Of a DNA stretch of 64,000 nucleotides, positions 1-10,006 are shown in pieces. The notes beneath the pieces were generated by a model. The model saw only the letters and a program-made list of their open reading frames with translations, made no database searches and was not told the DNA's origin. Origin of the DNA: Epithemia pelagica (Eukaryota; Protista; Bacillariophyta); the NCBI GenBank assembly GCA_946965045.2, contig OX337232.1:682001-746000 (forward strand), written 5' to 3'. The position numbers and the translations under genes were made by a program. Each line of letters opens with the position of its first letter. Within the stretch, counting starts at the first letter, position 1.

Positions 1-173
1 CGTTCGTCCAAACATCATCCAAGATTTCGGGGAGGCAACGTGTTCTCGTAGGACAGAATTCAGGTCTCAGCGTATATCTACAACCGATTAAGCGTAAGAA
101 AGTGCGCCGGTCAGTTGGATGGCACGTGTCTTTAATTAATTTTGGTCCTGATGTCGGAAATCTGGTCCCGATC

Positions 174-370
174 TCGGAATTCGGGTCGATCTCGGAATTC
201 GGGCCAGATCTCGGAATTCGGGTCGATCTCGGAATTCGGGCCAGATCTCGGAATTCGGGTGTTTACTCTGAAATAAAGTATACTTTTGTCGGAATTCGGG
301 TCGATCTCGGAATTCGGGCCAGATCTCGGAATTCGGGTCGATCTCGGAATTCGGGCCAGATCTCGGAATT
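174..370. repeat. Two arrays of alternating 18/19-bp units (TCGGAATTCGGGTCGATC / TCGGAATTCGGGCCAGATC); possibly transposon subterminal repeats
   Basis: Units read directly at 174-260 and 289-370. Function is inferred by analogy with the subterminal repeats of the 3011-3973 element. Confidence 0.8.
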
Positions 371-1095
371 TGGTCTTTCCGTTGAACGGTTTTCAAGTTG
401 CCGTGCCTGCTCGCAATATCCTGTTTGACAGGTCAACTCGTCTCTCTATTGACTAGATAGCTAGGAGTACTATTAGCCATTATCGAAATTCGGGGTTTTA
501 GCTATGGAATGGGAACACTATCTACTTCAAGGAATGATTAACTAGGATAGGTTGTGCTATGGCTTTTGTCTGACTTCTCGTCCGGACTCGACAGGTCATA
601 GCAAATCTCTTGGCAGCCTCTCGTCCGAGACGGAACCAGCTTTTAAGGCAATTTCAATGCAAGGGAGTCCGACCCCATACATCGGGGTGGGTGGTCTATA
701 CTGGTGGTGGACCAGTTTGGGGGGTGGTGCCCTGCAAGGCCCAAACAGGGGGGGATGGTGCCCTGCAAGGCCCAAACATGCCACGGATTGCGTCCCGTGA
801 CGGGGTCAATGGGCGAATGCTGGTCGTCGTCGTTTTCGTCCTTGTCATTCTTGTTGTTACGCTTAATACTAACTATATACCTAGCTATGCAGGTAGTTCG
901 TCTCACATTTTTATTTTACAGTAGAATTTTATTGTAGAGCCGGGAAGTAGTGATCGTGCGAATCGCGCGACATCATGGGTGAACCGCGAAAGGAACATTA
1001 TGTCCCTGCGACATCCCATCTCATAATAAAACCGGGCGGTAGTCACTACCTACATATCTAGATATAAAGTAAGCAGATTACTCCCCTGTGATTTC

Positions 1096-1238
1096 TCATT
1101 CCTTCCTCGTCGGGCGCCCGGCTTGTCGGGAGAATGACTCGACGGGCATATGTCTTGTCGGGCATGCGCCCTCCTCGAACATATGCCCTTCTCGTAATTC
1201 TACCCTCCGCGCCGGGCGACCCTCCTCTAAAGGAATGA
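1096..1238. repeat. 143-bp imperfect inverted repeat with inner hairpin GGGC-ATGC-GCCC
   Basis: Paired blocks TCATTCCTT/AAGGAATGA, CGCCCGGC/GCCGGGCG, AGAAT/ATTCT and GGGCATATGT/ACATATGCCC; inner stem at 1160-1171. Confidence 0.8.
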
Positions 1239-1239
1239 A

Positions 1240-2352
1240 TCACCGTGAAGTAGTCTTACTACTACCATTCGGATTCCAGGGACACGTCCAATGGGATTGC
1301 TGCTGCACGACAAAGTCCACCAGATTTTGGTCCGTGGGTGGTGGTCGCTCGGGACGAATTGTTGTGGTGGTGGTGGTGGTGGTGGTGGTTTGGTGGACGA
1401 AGCGTTGATACAAAAAGTGCAAGGCCGTACACTGATCCAAGACGTGGGGTCCTTCCAGCAAGACACGACTGCTTTGGGTCGTCAATAAGGACAGGGAATG
1501 ACAGCCTTGCAAGGCTTGTGTGTGCAACGTCACTGATCTGGTGTTGGCTGCTGTTGGTCCATGGTCGGGTAGGACCAAGGACAAGAGGGAGGCACATCCG
1601 GCAAAGGCGGATGGACCAATCACAAACGACGACGACGAGGATGGTGCAGTGTTGTGATTGTTGTGGTTGTTAGTGGTAGTAGTGGTCGTCGATTTTTGGG
1701 ACGACGACGACGACGACAGGTCGATCGTGAGCAAGGCGCGACACTGGGCAAAGGTGGAGGCGGGAATGCCCCCAGTACGACAACACGACGGCCACCCGCG
1801 CACATGGACCAATCGCGTACACCCTTGAAAGAGGCCCGGTCCCACTTCCAATGGTACCGTGGTCGTGGCATCCAGAAAGGAGACCCCGGACAAGCGAGTA
1901 CAGTGTGCAAAGGCCCGCGCTCCCAGGCGTGTCACGGTTGGTGGTAGAATCAAGGGACCCGTGCAGGCGGTGCAATGCACAAAACATTCCTCGCCAATCT
2001 CGGTCAAATTGGGTGGCAATGTAACGTTCACGAGGACGGTACAATGCGACAAGGCGTGCGACGGCAATTTGGTAATGGTACTAGTACTCTCGGACAGATC
2101 GACCCGCGTCAAGGTACTCTTGTGGTCCATGGACGACCGAGACGACCAGAAATCCTCCATGGAACAATAAGGAGGATTGGTGGAGGATCCAGTTTCGGAA
2201 CCAAACGGAGGAGGATCATTGTGGGTGGAAGTGTTCTTGTCGTTGTGCTCTTGTTGTTGTTCATGTGGTTGTGGATCTGCTTGCAATGGTTGGTTCGTGG
2301 TGGTACCTGTCGTTGTTGCTTTGGCAGCACTGGGTAAGCATGACTCTTCCAC
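1240..2352 (-). CDS. BspA-type (LRR_5) leucine-rich repeat protein, copy 1; the 5' end is probably in an upstream exon
   Basis: Repeats such as LPSHALSHCTVLVNVTLPPNLTEIGEECFVHC, LGARAFAHCTRL and IGPSAFAGCASL. The ORF opens at a GTAAGT donor-like site on the minus strand (~2356). Confidence 0.8.
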   Translation of the reverse strand: MEESCLPSAAKATTTGTTTNQPLQADPQPHEQQQEHNDKNTSTHNDPPPFGSETGSSTNPPYCSMEDFWSSRSSMDHKSTLTRVDLSESTSTITKLPSHALSHCTVLVNVTLPPNLTEIGEECFVHCTACTGPLILPPTVTRLGARAFAHCTRLSGVSFLDATTTVPLEVGPGLFQGCTRLVHVRGWPSCCRTGGIPASTFAQCRALLTIDLSSSSSSQKSTTTTTTNNHNNHNTAPSSSSSFVIGPSAFAGCASLLSLVLPDHGPTAANTRSVTLHTQALQGCHSLSLLTTQSSRVLLEGPHVLDQCTALHFLYQRFVHQTTTTTTTTTTIRPERPPPTDQNLVDFVVQQQSHWTCPWNPNGSSKTTSR

Positions 2353-3010
2353 TTACAACGATTCGGCCGACGACGAGGGAGGAACCAAGACCAAGGGTCG
2401 TGGAGCAATCAGACCGGCCAAGGCCGTTCGACGAGAGGGTTGTCGTCGGCGTTGTTGTTGTCGTGGTTGATTGGCAAACGTGGTGCTCATGACTGTCTTG
2501 CGGTGGTCCTTGTCGGCTGGAGTGTTTGCGGCTGGATTGTTTGTGGAAACTGTCTTGAGGTGGTCGTCTTGTCTTGATGAGGTCTTTGTCGTCTTAACTT
2601 TTGTTCCGTTTGTCGTACCACTTGGTTGGGTGTTTCGAGATGCCGGAGACAATTGACGCATACATTGTGGAGAGTGGTTGGATCATGTGGATGGGCCACA
2701 CAATCCACACAACGAGGATGACGACGACAACGACGACGAGCAGTGTCGTTCTTTGCTGTGCAACGATTCGTTCTCCGTGCGGCTTTCTGGAATGTGTGTA
2801 CGAAGATTTTGTGAGGAAACCGAGAACCCCTTCGTTTCGGAGCGCGCGCGCCCGACCGAGAACCCCGAATGTCGTGGTCCCACAACCACAAGCGGGGCGA
2901 GTAGGAGTCCCGCGTGATCGAGCGCAATCTCGTTTCGTGGACCTCCGACTCCGACATGTCATCCAGTCCATTCTTCTCATCGCAAAAGTCTCATTCCTTG
3001 TGTGCTCTTA

Positions 3011-3973
3011 GGGCCTGTGTCCACGGAATGTGTTTTTGAGTTCTGAAATCGAGTTTCGAGTTTCGAGGTTGAGCCAATAGGTTATGGTCCCCTTGAAAAC
3101 TCGAAAACACAACCTCGAATCCCCCAAATCTTGGCAATCCCCCAACGACCTTGCCAAGATTCTGAAATCGAGTTTCGAGTTTCGAGGTTTCCAAAGAGCC
3201 CCACTGTTCCCACTTCCCTCCGAGCACCAACAGCACCGGAAAAAAGATCCTCCGGAAGGCAGAAAGCATTGAAGGATACTTCCACTATTGTTTGCAACAA
3301 AAGAAAATGAGTGACACAGATCATTTGACAGATTCTCTAGAGACAGAGGAATCAAGAGAACAGACCTCAAGACTTAGTAGACCACATGGCCCAACCGCAA
3401 CCCAGGCAACATTGGGTTCTACATCATCTCCCTCTGACTCGGGCTCTTTTAAGAGCAAGGCGTTTGGCTGTGACTTCATCTATGAACGGCTTGAGGGTTT
3501 GGTGCAAAGACCAAAAGCAACTTTCGTCCATGCGGTAGTAACGACGGCATGCCGAGGGGCCAAGTTCATACATCAGATCTTCGACTCTATGTCGGACTCT
3601 TGGTATTTTCTTTGGCCGATCTCCAGCTGTTGATGCAGTCTGATCAATGTCAAGTAGCCCAAGAGAGTCAACAACACACATACATATGAGTGCTGTCTCA
3701 TATGGGCTCTTTGTTGCATTCTCCCCTGGAGTCATCTCCATTGTCGTGTTTGGAAACAATGCAGACTATGTCGAACGACACTGGTGGGGGTGGGGGAGGT
3801 TTGTACATTCACAGCAGTGAAGCTCGATTCTTGAATCTAAAATAGAGACATCGGGTTACGTTTTACCTGGACATGTGTCTTCAGATCCTTGTTTCGAGGT
3901 AGGGACAGAGCCCCACCTCAAAACTCGAAACTCGATTTCAGACCTCGAAAACACATTCCGTGGACACAGGGCC
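3011..3973 (-). mobile_element. Non-autonomous PIF/Harbinger element (963 bp), copy 1
   Basis: ~60-bp TIRs (GGGCCTGTGTCCACGGAATGTG.../...CACATTCCGTGGACACAGGGCC), TTA on both sides (3008-3010, 3974-3976) and internal CTCGAAA repeats. Confidence 0.88.
3424..3759 (-). pseudogene. N-terminal fragment of a Harbinger (HARBI1-like) transposase
   Basis: ACRRYYRMDESCFWSLHQTLKPFI matches the FRRxxRM-xxxF-xxL N-terminal motif. The DDE core is absent. Confidence 0.7.
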
Positions 3974-4125
3974 TTACGAATTGCATTCCATCGACTTATC
4001 AGTAGAGAGACGTACAAACCAACAACGGCCCGAGAGCCCGAGACTCGCACACGTTTTGTCCTAGGAAGAAAGCACAAAAGGTCATTGCACACAACAAACG
4101 CAAACACACACACCAAGAAGGAATC

Positions 4126-5586
4126 ATGGCGGATCAGCAAGAGTCATCACTGGAAGCACGGCTTGAGAAGGCTCGCAACGACGAGTTGAGTCGAGAAGCA
4201 CTCTCCGAGCTTTACGATGCATTAAAAGCTGCCGGTCGCTTTCGTGAGGCCTGTGAAGTTTCGGAAAAGGAATTAGCTGCGTTGAAGCAAGAAACAGCTG
4301 CGTTGGAGCAACGGGCAGCTGCGGCGAAGCAAGAGAGAGCTGCGTTGGAGCAACGGGCAGCTGCGGCGAAGCAAGAGAGAGCTACGTTGGAGCAACGGGC
4401 AGCTGCGTTAAAAGCGTGGCTCCATGAACGCCGATTTGGCATCCAAAAGGCCATTCAACATGTGTATTTTCGCAACCATGACGCAGCATTGCCAGAGTTG
4501 GCGTTGAACAGCAGCGTGGAACCAAGCATGGGACGTTTCAACGGGAGGAACATGAATCCGCAGAAGGCGTCCTACCTCGCTCACACCTTTTCCGTTAGTA
4601 ATCTGTGGAACGACGACATGGTGGTACCCACGTACTTTATCCCTGCGCCTGGTGAAGACCGTGCCATCATTCCAAGTGGTTTCAATCCCCTACACTTTCC
4701 ACTCAAGTATCACAATGAACTCGAAGTTCTGGTTCATGTTCGTTTGCTCGTCGAGGATGCCATTTTCTGTATCGGCTGTCGGACACTACTCGACTTGTAT
4801 CTGGAGAGTTCCTTTTATGGAGTGTCTCCAGACATGGTCCTTCTCCGCCATGATCGCACCCGTCAAATCGTCCTTGTGATTCAAGTCAAAGCTCCCAATC
4901 GACCAGGAACCGACGACAATGTGTTGGAAGATCCAGTGGTGGGTGGGCAACTCTGGTTGTACTTAATGTCCATGAAGCAATCGGGTGTCAAAAAACCAAT
5001 GGGGGCCATTTGTACTTTTAATGCGCTACGACTGGTCTCCTTGGACTCTTTTGAGACGCACATGTTTGACGATGCGAAACAAAAGCTCAACACGACAATG
5101 GTATATATCTGGCCAGAGAAACAACCTGACAGGAAGAAACAGGCATCAACTCCGGACTCGAAGAGACAGAGTGGATCGGAGAAAAGCAAGGAGTTGAGTG
5201 TCAATGATCCACCTGCTTCGTATGACACGCAAGTTTGCGATGGAGTAGAGGTTAATGTCTTTCGTCCTTTATTGTATGGGAGCGAGACTGTACAGGACGG
5301 CAATGTGTTCCGCATGCTGTTGCTAGCATTGACGACAACAATGTTGGAAAACGACCACCAAGACGCTTCTTGTGAAATGATGACGGAGTTCAAGAAAGGC
5401 AATGACATTGGTGGCCGTCTCTTTGCCTTTGCCAAGCCAGACATGCTTGGGTTTGCCAGGGCACCCCAAGAACTCGTTGTGCAAGCAGAACATCCACACA
5501 CAGCCAAAAACTTATGCCCTCCTCGAACATATGCCCTTCTCGTAATTCTACCCTCCGCGCCGGGCGACCCTCCTCTAAAGGAATGA
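4126..5586 (+). CDS. Coiled-coil plus PD-(D/E)xK-like nuclease protein, copy 1; C-terminus replaced at the duplication junction
   Basis: Identical to 8474-10006 up to HTAKN, then reads LCPPRTYALL... from the palindrome arm. Confidence 0.7.
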   Translation: MADQQESSLEARLEKARNDELSREALSELYDALKAAGRFREACEVSEKELAALKQETAALEQRAAAAKQERAALEQRAAAAKQERATLEQRAAALKAWLHERRFGIQKAIQHVYFRNHDAALPELALNSSVEPSMGRFNGRNMNPQKASYLAHTFSVSNLWNDDMVVPTYFIPAPGEDRAIIPSGFNPLHFPLKYHNELEVLVHVRLLVEDAIFCIGCRTLLDLYLESSFYGVSPDMVLLRHDRTRQIVLVIQVKAPNRPGTDDNVLEDPVVGGQLWLYLMSMKQSGVKKPMGAICTFNALRLVSLDSFETHMFDDAKQKLNTTMVYIWPEKQPDRKKQASTPDSKRQSGSEKSKELSVNDPPASYDTQVCDGVEVNVFRPLLYGSETVQDGNVFRMLLLALTTTMLENDHQDASCEMMTEFKKGNDIGGRLFAFAKPDMLGFARAPQELVVQAEHPHTAKNLCPPRTYALLVILPSAPGDPPLKE

Positions 5587-5587
5587 A

Positions 5588-6700
5588 TCACCGTGAAGTA
5601 GTCTTACTACTACCATTCGGATTCCAGGGACACGTCCAATGGGATTGCTGCTGCACGACAAAGTCCACCAGATTTTGGTCCGTGGGTGGTGGTCGCTCGG
5701 GACGAATTGTTGTGGTGGTGGTGGTGGTGGTGGTGGTTTGGTGGACGAAGCGTTGATACAAAAAGTGCAAGGCCGTACACTGATCCAAGACGTGGGGTCC
5801 TTCCAGCAAGACACGACTGCTTTGGGTCGTCAATAAGGACAGGGAATGACAGCCTTGCAAGGCTTGTGTGTGCAACGTCACTGATCTGGTGTTGGCTGCT
5901 GTTGGTCCATGGTCGGGTAGGACCAAGGACAAGAGGGAGGCACATCCGGCAAAGGCGGATGGACCAATCACAAACGACGACGACGAGGATGGTGCAGTGT
6001 TGTGATTGTTGTGGTTGTTAGTGGTAGTAGTGGTCGTCGATTTTTGGGACGACGACGACGACGACAGGTCGATCGTGAGCAAGGCGCGACACTGGGCAAA
6101 GGTGGAGGCGGGAATGCCCCCAGTACGACAACACGACGGCCACCCGCGCACATGGACCAATCGCGTACACCCTTGAAAGAGGCCCGGTCCCACTTCCAAT
6201 GGTACCGTGGTCGTGGCATCCAGAAAGGAGACCCCGGACAAGCGAGTACAGTGTGCAAAGGCCCGCGCTCCCAGGCGTGTCACGGTTGGTGGTAGAATCA
6301 AGGGACCCGTGCAGGCGGTGCAATGCACAAAACATTCCTCGCCAATCTCGGTCAAATTGGGTGGCAATGTAACGTTCACGAGGACGGTACAATGCGACAA
6401 GGCGTGCGACGGCAATTTGGTAATGGTACTAGTACTCTCGGACAGATCGACCCGCGTCAAGGTACTCTTGTGGTCCATGGACGACCGAGACGACCAGAAA
6501 TCCTCCATGGAACAATAAGGAGGATTGGTGGAGGATCCAGTTTCGGAACCAAACGGAGGAGGATCATTGTGGGTGGAAGTGTTCTTGTCGTTGTGCTCTT
6601 GTTGTTGTTCATGTGGTTGTGGATCTGCTTGCAATGGTTGGTTCGTGGTGGTACCTGTCGTTGTTGCTTTGGCAGCACTGGGTAAGCATGACTCTTCCAC
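5588..6700 (-). CDS. BspA-type LRR protein, copy 2
   Basis: Translation identical to 1240-2352. Confidence 0.8.
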   Translation of the reverse strand: MEESCLPSAAKATTTGTTTNQPLQADPQPHEQQQEHNDKNTSTHNDPPPFGSETGSSTNPPYCSMEDFWSSRSSMDHKSTLTRVDLSESTSTITKLPSHALSHCTVLVNVTLPPNLTEIGEECFVHCTACTGPLILPPTVTRLGARAFAHCTRLSGVSFLDATTTVPLEVGPGLFQGCTRLVHVRGWPSCCRTGGIPASTFAQCRALLTIDLSSSSSSQKSTTTTTTNNHNNHNTAPSSSSSFVIGPSAFAGCASLLSLVLPDHGPTAANTRSVTLHTQALQGCHSLSLLTTQSSRVLLEGPHVLDQCTALHFLYQRFVHQTTTTTTTTTTIRPERPPPTDQNLVDFVVQQQSHWTCPWNPNGSSKTTSR

Positions 6701-7358
6701 TTACAACGATTCGGCCGACGACGAGGGAGGAACCAAGACCAAGGGTCGTGGAGCAATCAGACCGGCCAAGGCCGTTCGACGAGAGGGTTGTCGTCGGCGT
6801 TGTTGTTGTCGTGGTTGATTGGCAAACGTGGTGCTCATGACTGTCTTGCGGTGGTCCTTGTCGGCTGGAGTGTTTGCGGCTGGATTGTTTGTGGAAACTG
6901 TCTTGAGGTGGTCGTCTTGTCTTGATGAGGTCTTTGTCGTCTTAACTTTTGTTCCGTTTGTCGTACCACTTGGTTGGGTGTTTCGAGATGCCGGAGACAA
7001 TTGACGCATACATTGTGGAGAGTGGTTGGATCATGTGGATGGGCCACACAATCCACACAACGAGGATGACGACGACAACGACGACGAGCAGTGTCGTTCT
7101 TTGCTGTGCAACGATTCGTTCTCCGTGCGGCTTTCTGGAATGTGTGTACGAAGATTTTGTGAGGAAACCGAGAACCCCTTCGTTTCGGAGCGCGCGCGCC
7201 CGACCGAGAACCCCGAATGTCGTGGTCCCACAACCACAAGCGGGGCGAGTAGGAGTCCCGCGTGATCGAGCGCAATCTCGTTTCGTGGACCTCCGACTCC
7301 GACATGTCATCCAGTCCATTCTTCTCATCGCAAAAGTCTCATTCCTTGTGTGCTCTTA

Positions 7359-8321
7359 GGGCCTGTGTCCACGGAATGTGTTTTTGAGTTCTGAAATCGA
7401 GTTTCGAGTTTCGAGGTTGAGCCAATAGGTTATGGTCCCCTTGAAAACTCGAAAACACAACCTCGAATCCCCCAAATCTTGGCAATCCCCCAACGACCTT
7501 GCCAAGATTCTGAAATCGAGTTTCGAGTTTCGAGGTTTCCAAAGAGCCCCACTGTTCCCACTTCCCTCCGAGCACCAACAGCACCGGAAAAAAGATCCTC
7601 CGGAAGGCAGAAAGCATTGAAGGATACTTCCACTATTGTTTGCAACAAAAGAAAATGAGTGACACAGATCATTTGACAGATTCTCTAGAGACAGAGGAAT
7701 CAAGAGAACAGACCTCAAGACTTAGTAGACCACATGGCCCAACCGCAACCCAGGCAACATTGGGTTCTACATCATCTCCCTCTGACTCGGGCTCTTTTAA
7801 GAGCAAGGCGTTTGGCTGTGACTTCATCTATGAACGGCTTGAGGGTTTGGTGCAAAGACCAAAAGCAACTTTCGTCCATGCGGTAGTAACGACGGCATGC
7901 CGAGGGGCCAAGTTCATACATCAGATCTTCGACTCTATGTCGGACTCTTGGTATTTTCTTTGGCCGATCTCCAGCTGTTGATGCAGTCTGATCAATGTCA
8001 AGTAGCCCAAGAGAGTCAACAACACACATACATATGAGTGCTGTCTCATATGGGCTCTTTGTTGCATTCTCCCCTGGAGTCATCTCCATTGTCGTGTTTG
8101 GAAACAATGCAGACTATGTCGAACGACACTGGTGGGGGTGGGGGAGGTTTGTACATTCACAGCAGTGAAGCTCGATTCTTGAATCTAAAATAGAGACATC
8201 GGGTTACGTTTTACCTGGACATGTGTCTTCAGATCCTTGTTTCGAGGTAGGGACAGAGCCCCACCTCAAAACTCGAAACTCGATTTCAGACCTCGAAAAC
8301 ACATTCCGTGGACACAGGGCC
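7359..8321 (-). mobile_element. Non-autonomous PIF/Harbinger element, copy 2 (transposase fragment at 7772-8107)
   Basis: Copy of 3011-3973 at +4348. Confidence 0.88.
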
Positions 8322-8473
8322 TTACGAATTGCATTCCATCGACTTATCAGTAGAGAGACGTACAAACCAACAACGGCCCGAGAGCCCGAGACTCGCACAC
8401 GTTTTGTCCTAGGAAGAAAGCACAAAAGGTCATTGCACACAACAAACGCAAACACACACACCAAGAAGGAATC

Positions 8474-10006
8474 ATGGCGGATCAGCAAGAGTCATCACTG
8501 GAAGCACGGCTTGAGAAGGCTCGCAACGACGAGTTGAGTCGAGAAGCACTCTCCGAGCTTTACGATGCATTAAAAGCTGCCGGTCGCTTTCGTGAGGCCT
8601 GTGAAGTTTCGGAAAAGGAATTAGCTGCGTTGAAGCAAGAAACAGCTGCGTTGGAGCAACGGGCAGCTGCGGCGAAGCAAGAGAGAGCTGCGTTGGAGCA
8701 ACGGGCAGCTGCGGCGAAGCAAGAGAGAGCTACGTTGGAGCAACGGGCAGCTGCGTTAAAAGCGTGGCTCCATGAACGCCGATTTGGCATCCAAAAGGCC
8801 ATTCAACATGTGTATTTTCGCAACCATGACGCAGCATTGCCAGAGTTGGCGTTGAACAGCAGCGTGGAACCAAGCATGGGACGTTTCAACGGGAGGAACA
8901 TGAATCCGCAGAAGGCGTCCTACCTCGCTCACACCTTTTCCGTTAGTAATCTGTGGAACGACGACATGGTGGTACCCACGTACTTTATCCCTGCGCCTGG
9001 TGAAGACCGTGCCATCATTCCAAGTGGTTTCAATCCCCTACACTTTCCACTCAAGTATCACAATGAACTCGAAGTTCTGGTTCATGTTCGTTTGCTCGTC
9101 GAGGATGCCATTTTCTGTATCGGCTGTCGGACACTACTCGACTTGTATCTGGAGAGTTCCTTTTATGGAGTGTCTCCAGACATGGTCCTTCTCCGCCATG
9201 ATCGCACCCGTCAAATCGTCCTTGTGATTCAAGTCAAAGCTCCCAATCGACCAGGAACCGACGACAATGTGTTGGAAGATCCAGTGGTGGGTGGGCAACT
9301 CTGGTTGTACTTAATGTCCATGAAGCAATCGGGTGTCAAAAAACCAATGGGGGCCATTTGTACTTTTAATGCGCTACGACTGGTCTCCTTGGACTCTTTT
9401 GAGACGCACATGTTTGACGATGCGAAACAAAAGCTCAACACGACAATGGTATATATCTGGCCAGAGAAACAACCTGACAGGAAGAAACAGGCATCAACTC
9501 CGGACTCGAAGAGACAGAGTGGATCGGAGAAAAGCAAGGAGTTGAGTGTCAATGATCCACCTGCTTCGTATGACACGCAAGTTTGCGATGGAGTAGAGGT
9601 TAATGTCTTTCGTCCTTTATTGTATGGGAGCGAGACTGTACAGGACGGCAATGTGTTCCGCATGCTGTTGCTAGCATTGACGACAACAATGTTGGAAAAC
9701 GACCACCAAGACGCTTCTTGTGAAATGATGACGGAGTTCAAGAAAGGCAATGACATTGGTGGCCGTCTCTTTGCCTTTGCCAAGCCAGACATGCTTGGGT
9801 TTGCCAGGGCACCCCAAGAACTCGTTGTGCAAGCAGAACATCCACACACAGCCAAAAACTTTTTTGTACTCGATATCTTAGGTCCAGAAACGCCAGGAGA
9901 AGTACGATTGATTGTGAGCACGGCAGGAATGCCTGCGGCCGTCAGTGGTTGGGGGAAGAACCTTGTCCATGTCAAAGAGACGGTTTTCGAAACGAATGGA
10001 GAATGA
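8474..10006 (+). CDS. Coiled-coil plus PD-(D/E)xK-like nuclease protein (Crinkler/CR-REase-like), apparently ending at the start of a kinase-like domain
   Basis: Three 14-aa heptad repeats, then SPDMVLL...LVIQVKAP and QLWLYL motifs. The C-terminal DILGPETPGEVRLIVSTAGMPAAV resembles kinase subdomains I-II. Confidence 0.65.
   Translation: MADQQESSLEARLEKARNDELSREALSELYDALKAAGRFREACEVSEKELAALKQETAALEQRAAAAKQERAALEQRAAAAKQERATLEQRAAALKAWLHERRFGIQKAIQHVYFRNHDAALPELALNSSVEPSMGRFNGRNMNPQKASYLAHTFSVSNLWNDDMVVPTYFIPAPGEDRAIIPSGFNPLHFPLKYHNELEVLVHVRLLVEDAIFCIGCRTLLDLYLESSFYGVSPDMVLLRHDRTRQIVLVIQVKAPNRPGTDDNVLEDPVVGGQLWLYLMSMKQSGVKKPMGAICTFNALRLVSLDSFETHMFDDAKQKLNTTMVYIWPEKQPDRKKQASTPDSKRQSGSEKSKELSVNDPPASYDTQVCDGVEVNVFRPLLYGSETVQDGNVFRMLLLALTTTMLENDHQDASCEMMTEFKKGNDIGGRLFAFAKPDMLGFARAPQELVVQAEHPHTAKNFFVLDILGPETPGEVRLIVSTAGMPAAVSGWGKNLVHVKETVFETNGE

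Larger units (their letters stand above)
1168..9861. repeat. Tandem duplication, period 4348 bp (1168-5513 and 5516-9861, with AT at the junction)
   Basis: All ORF translations recur at +4348. Boundaries were read base by base (mismatches at 1167/5515 and 5514/9862). Confidence 0.95.

Noticed and set aside
174-370. CRISPR-like array
   Set aside because: The units are contiguous with no unique spacers, there are no cas genes, and the context is eukaryotic.
719-777. Two ~28-bp direct repeats GGTGCCCTGCAAGGCCCAAAC
   Set aside because: A local slippage duplication with no further structure visible.
1262-2957. Many overlapping short ORFs with poly-V, poly-W or poly-T tracts (also at 55-63 kb)
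   Set aside because: They are shadow frames of (ACA/CAC)n low-complexity coding DNA.
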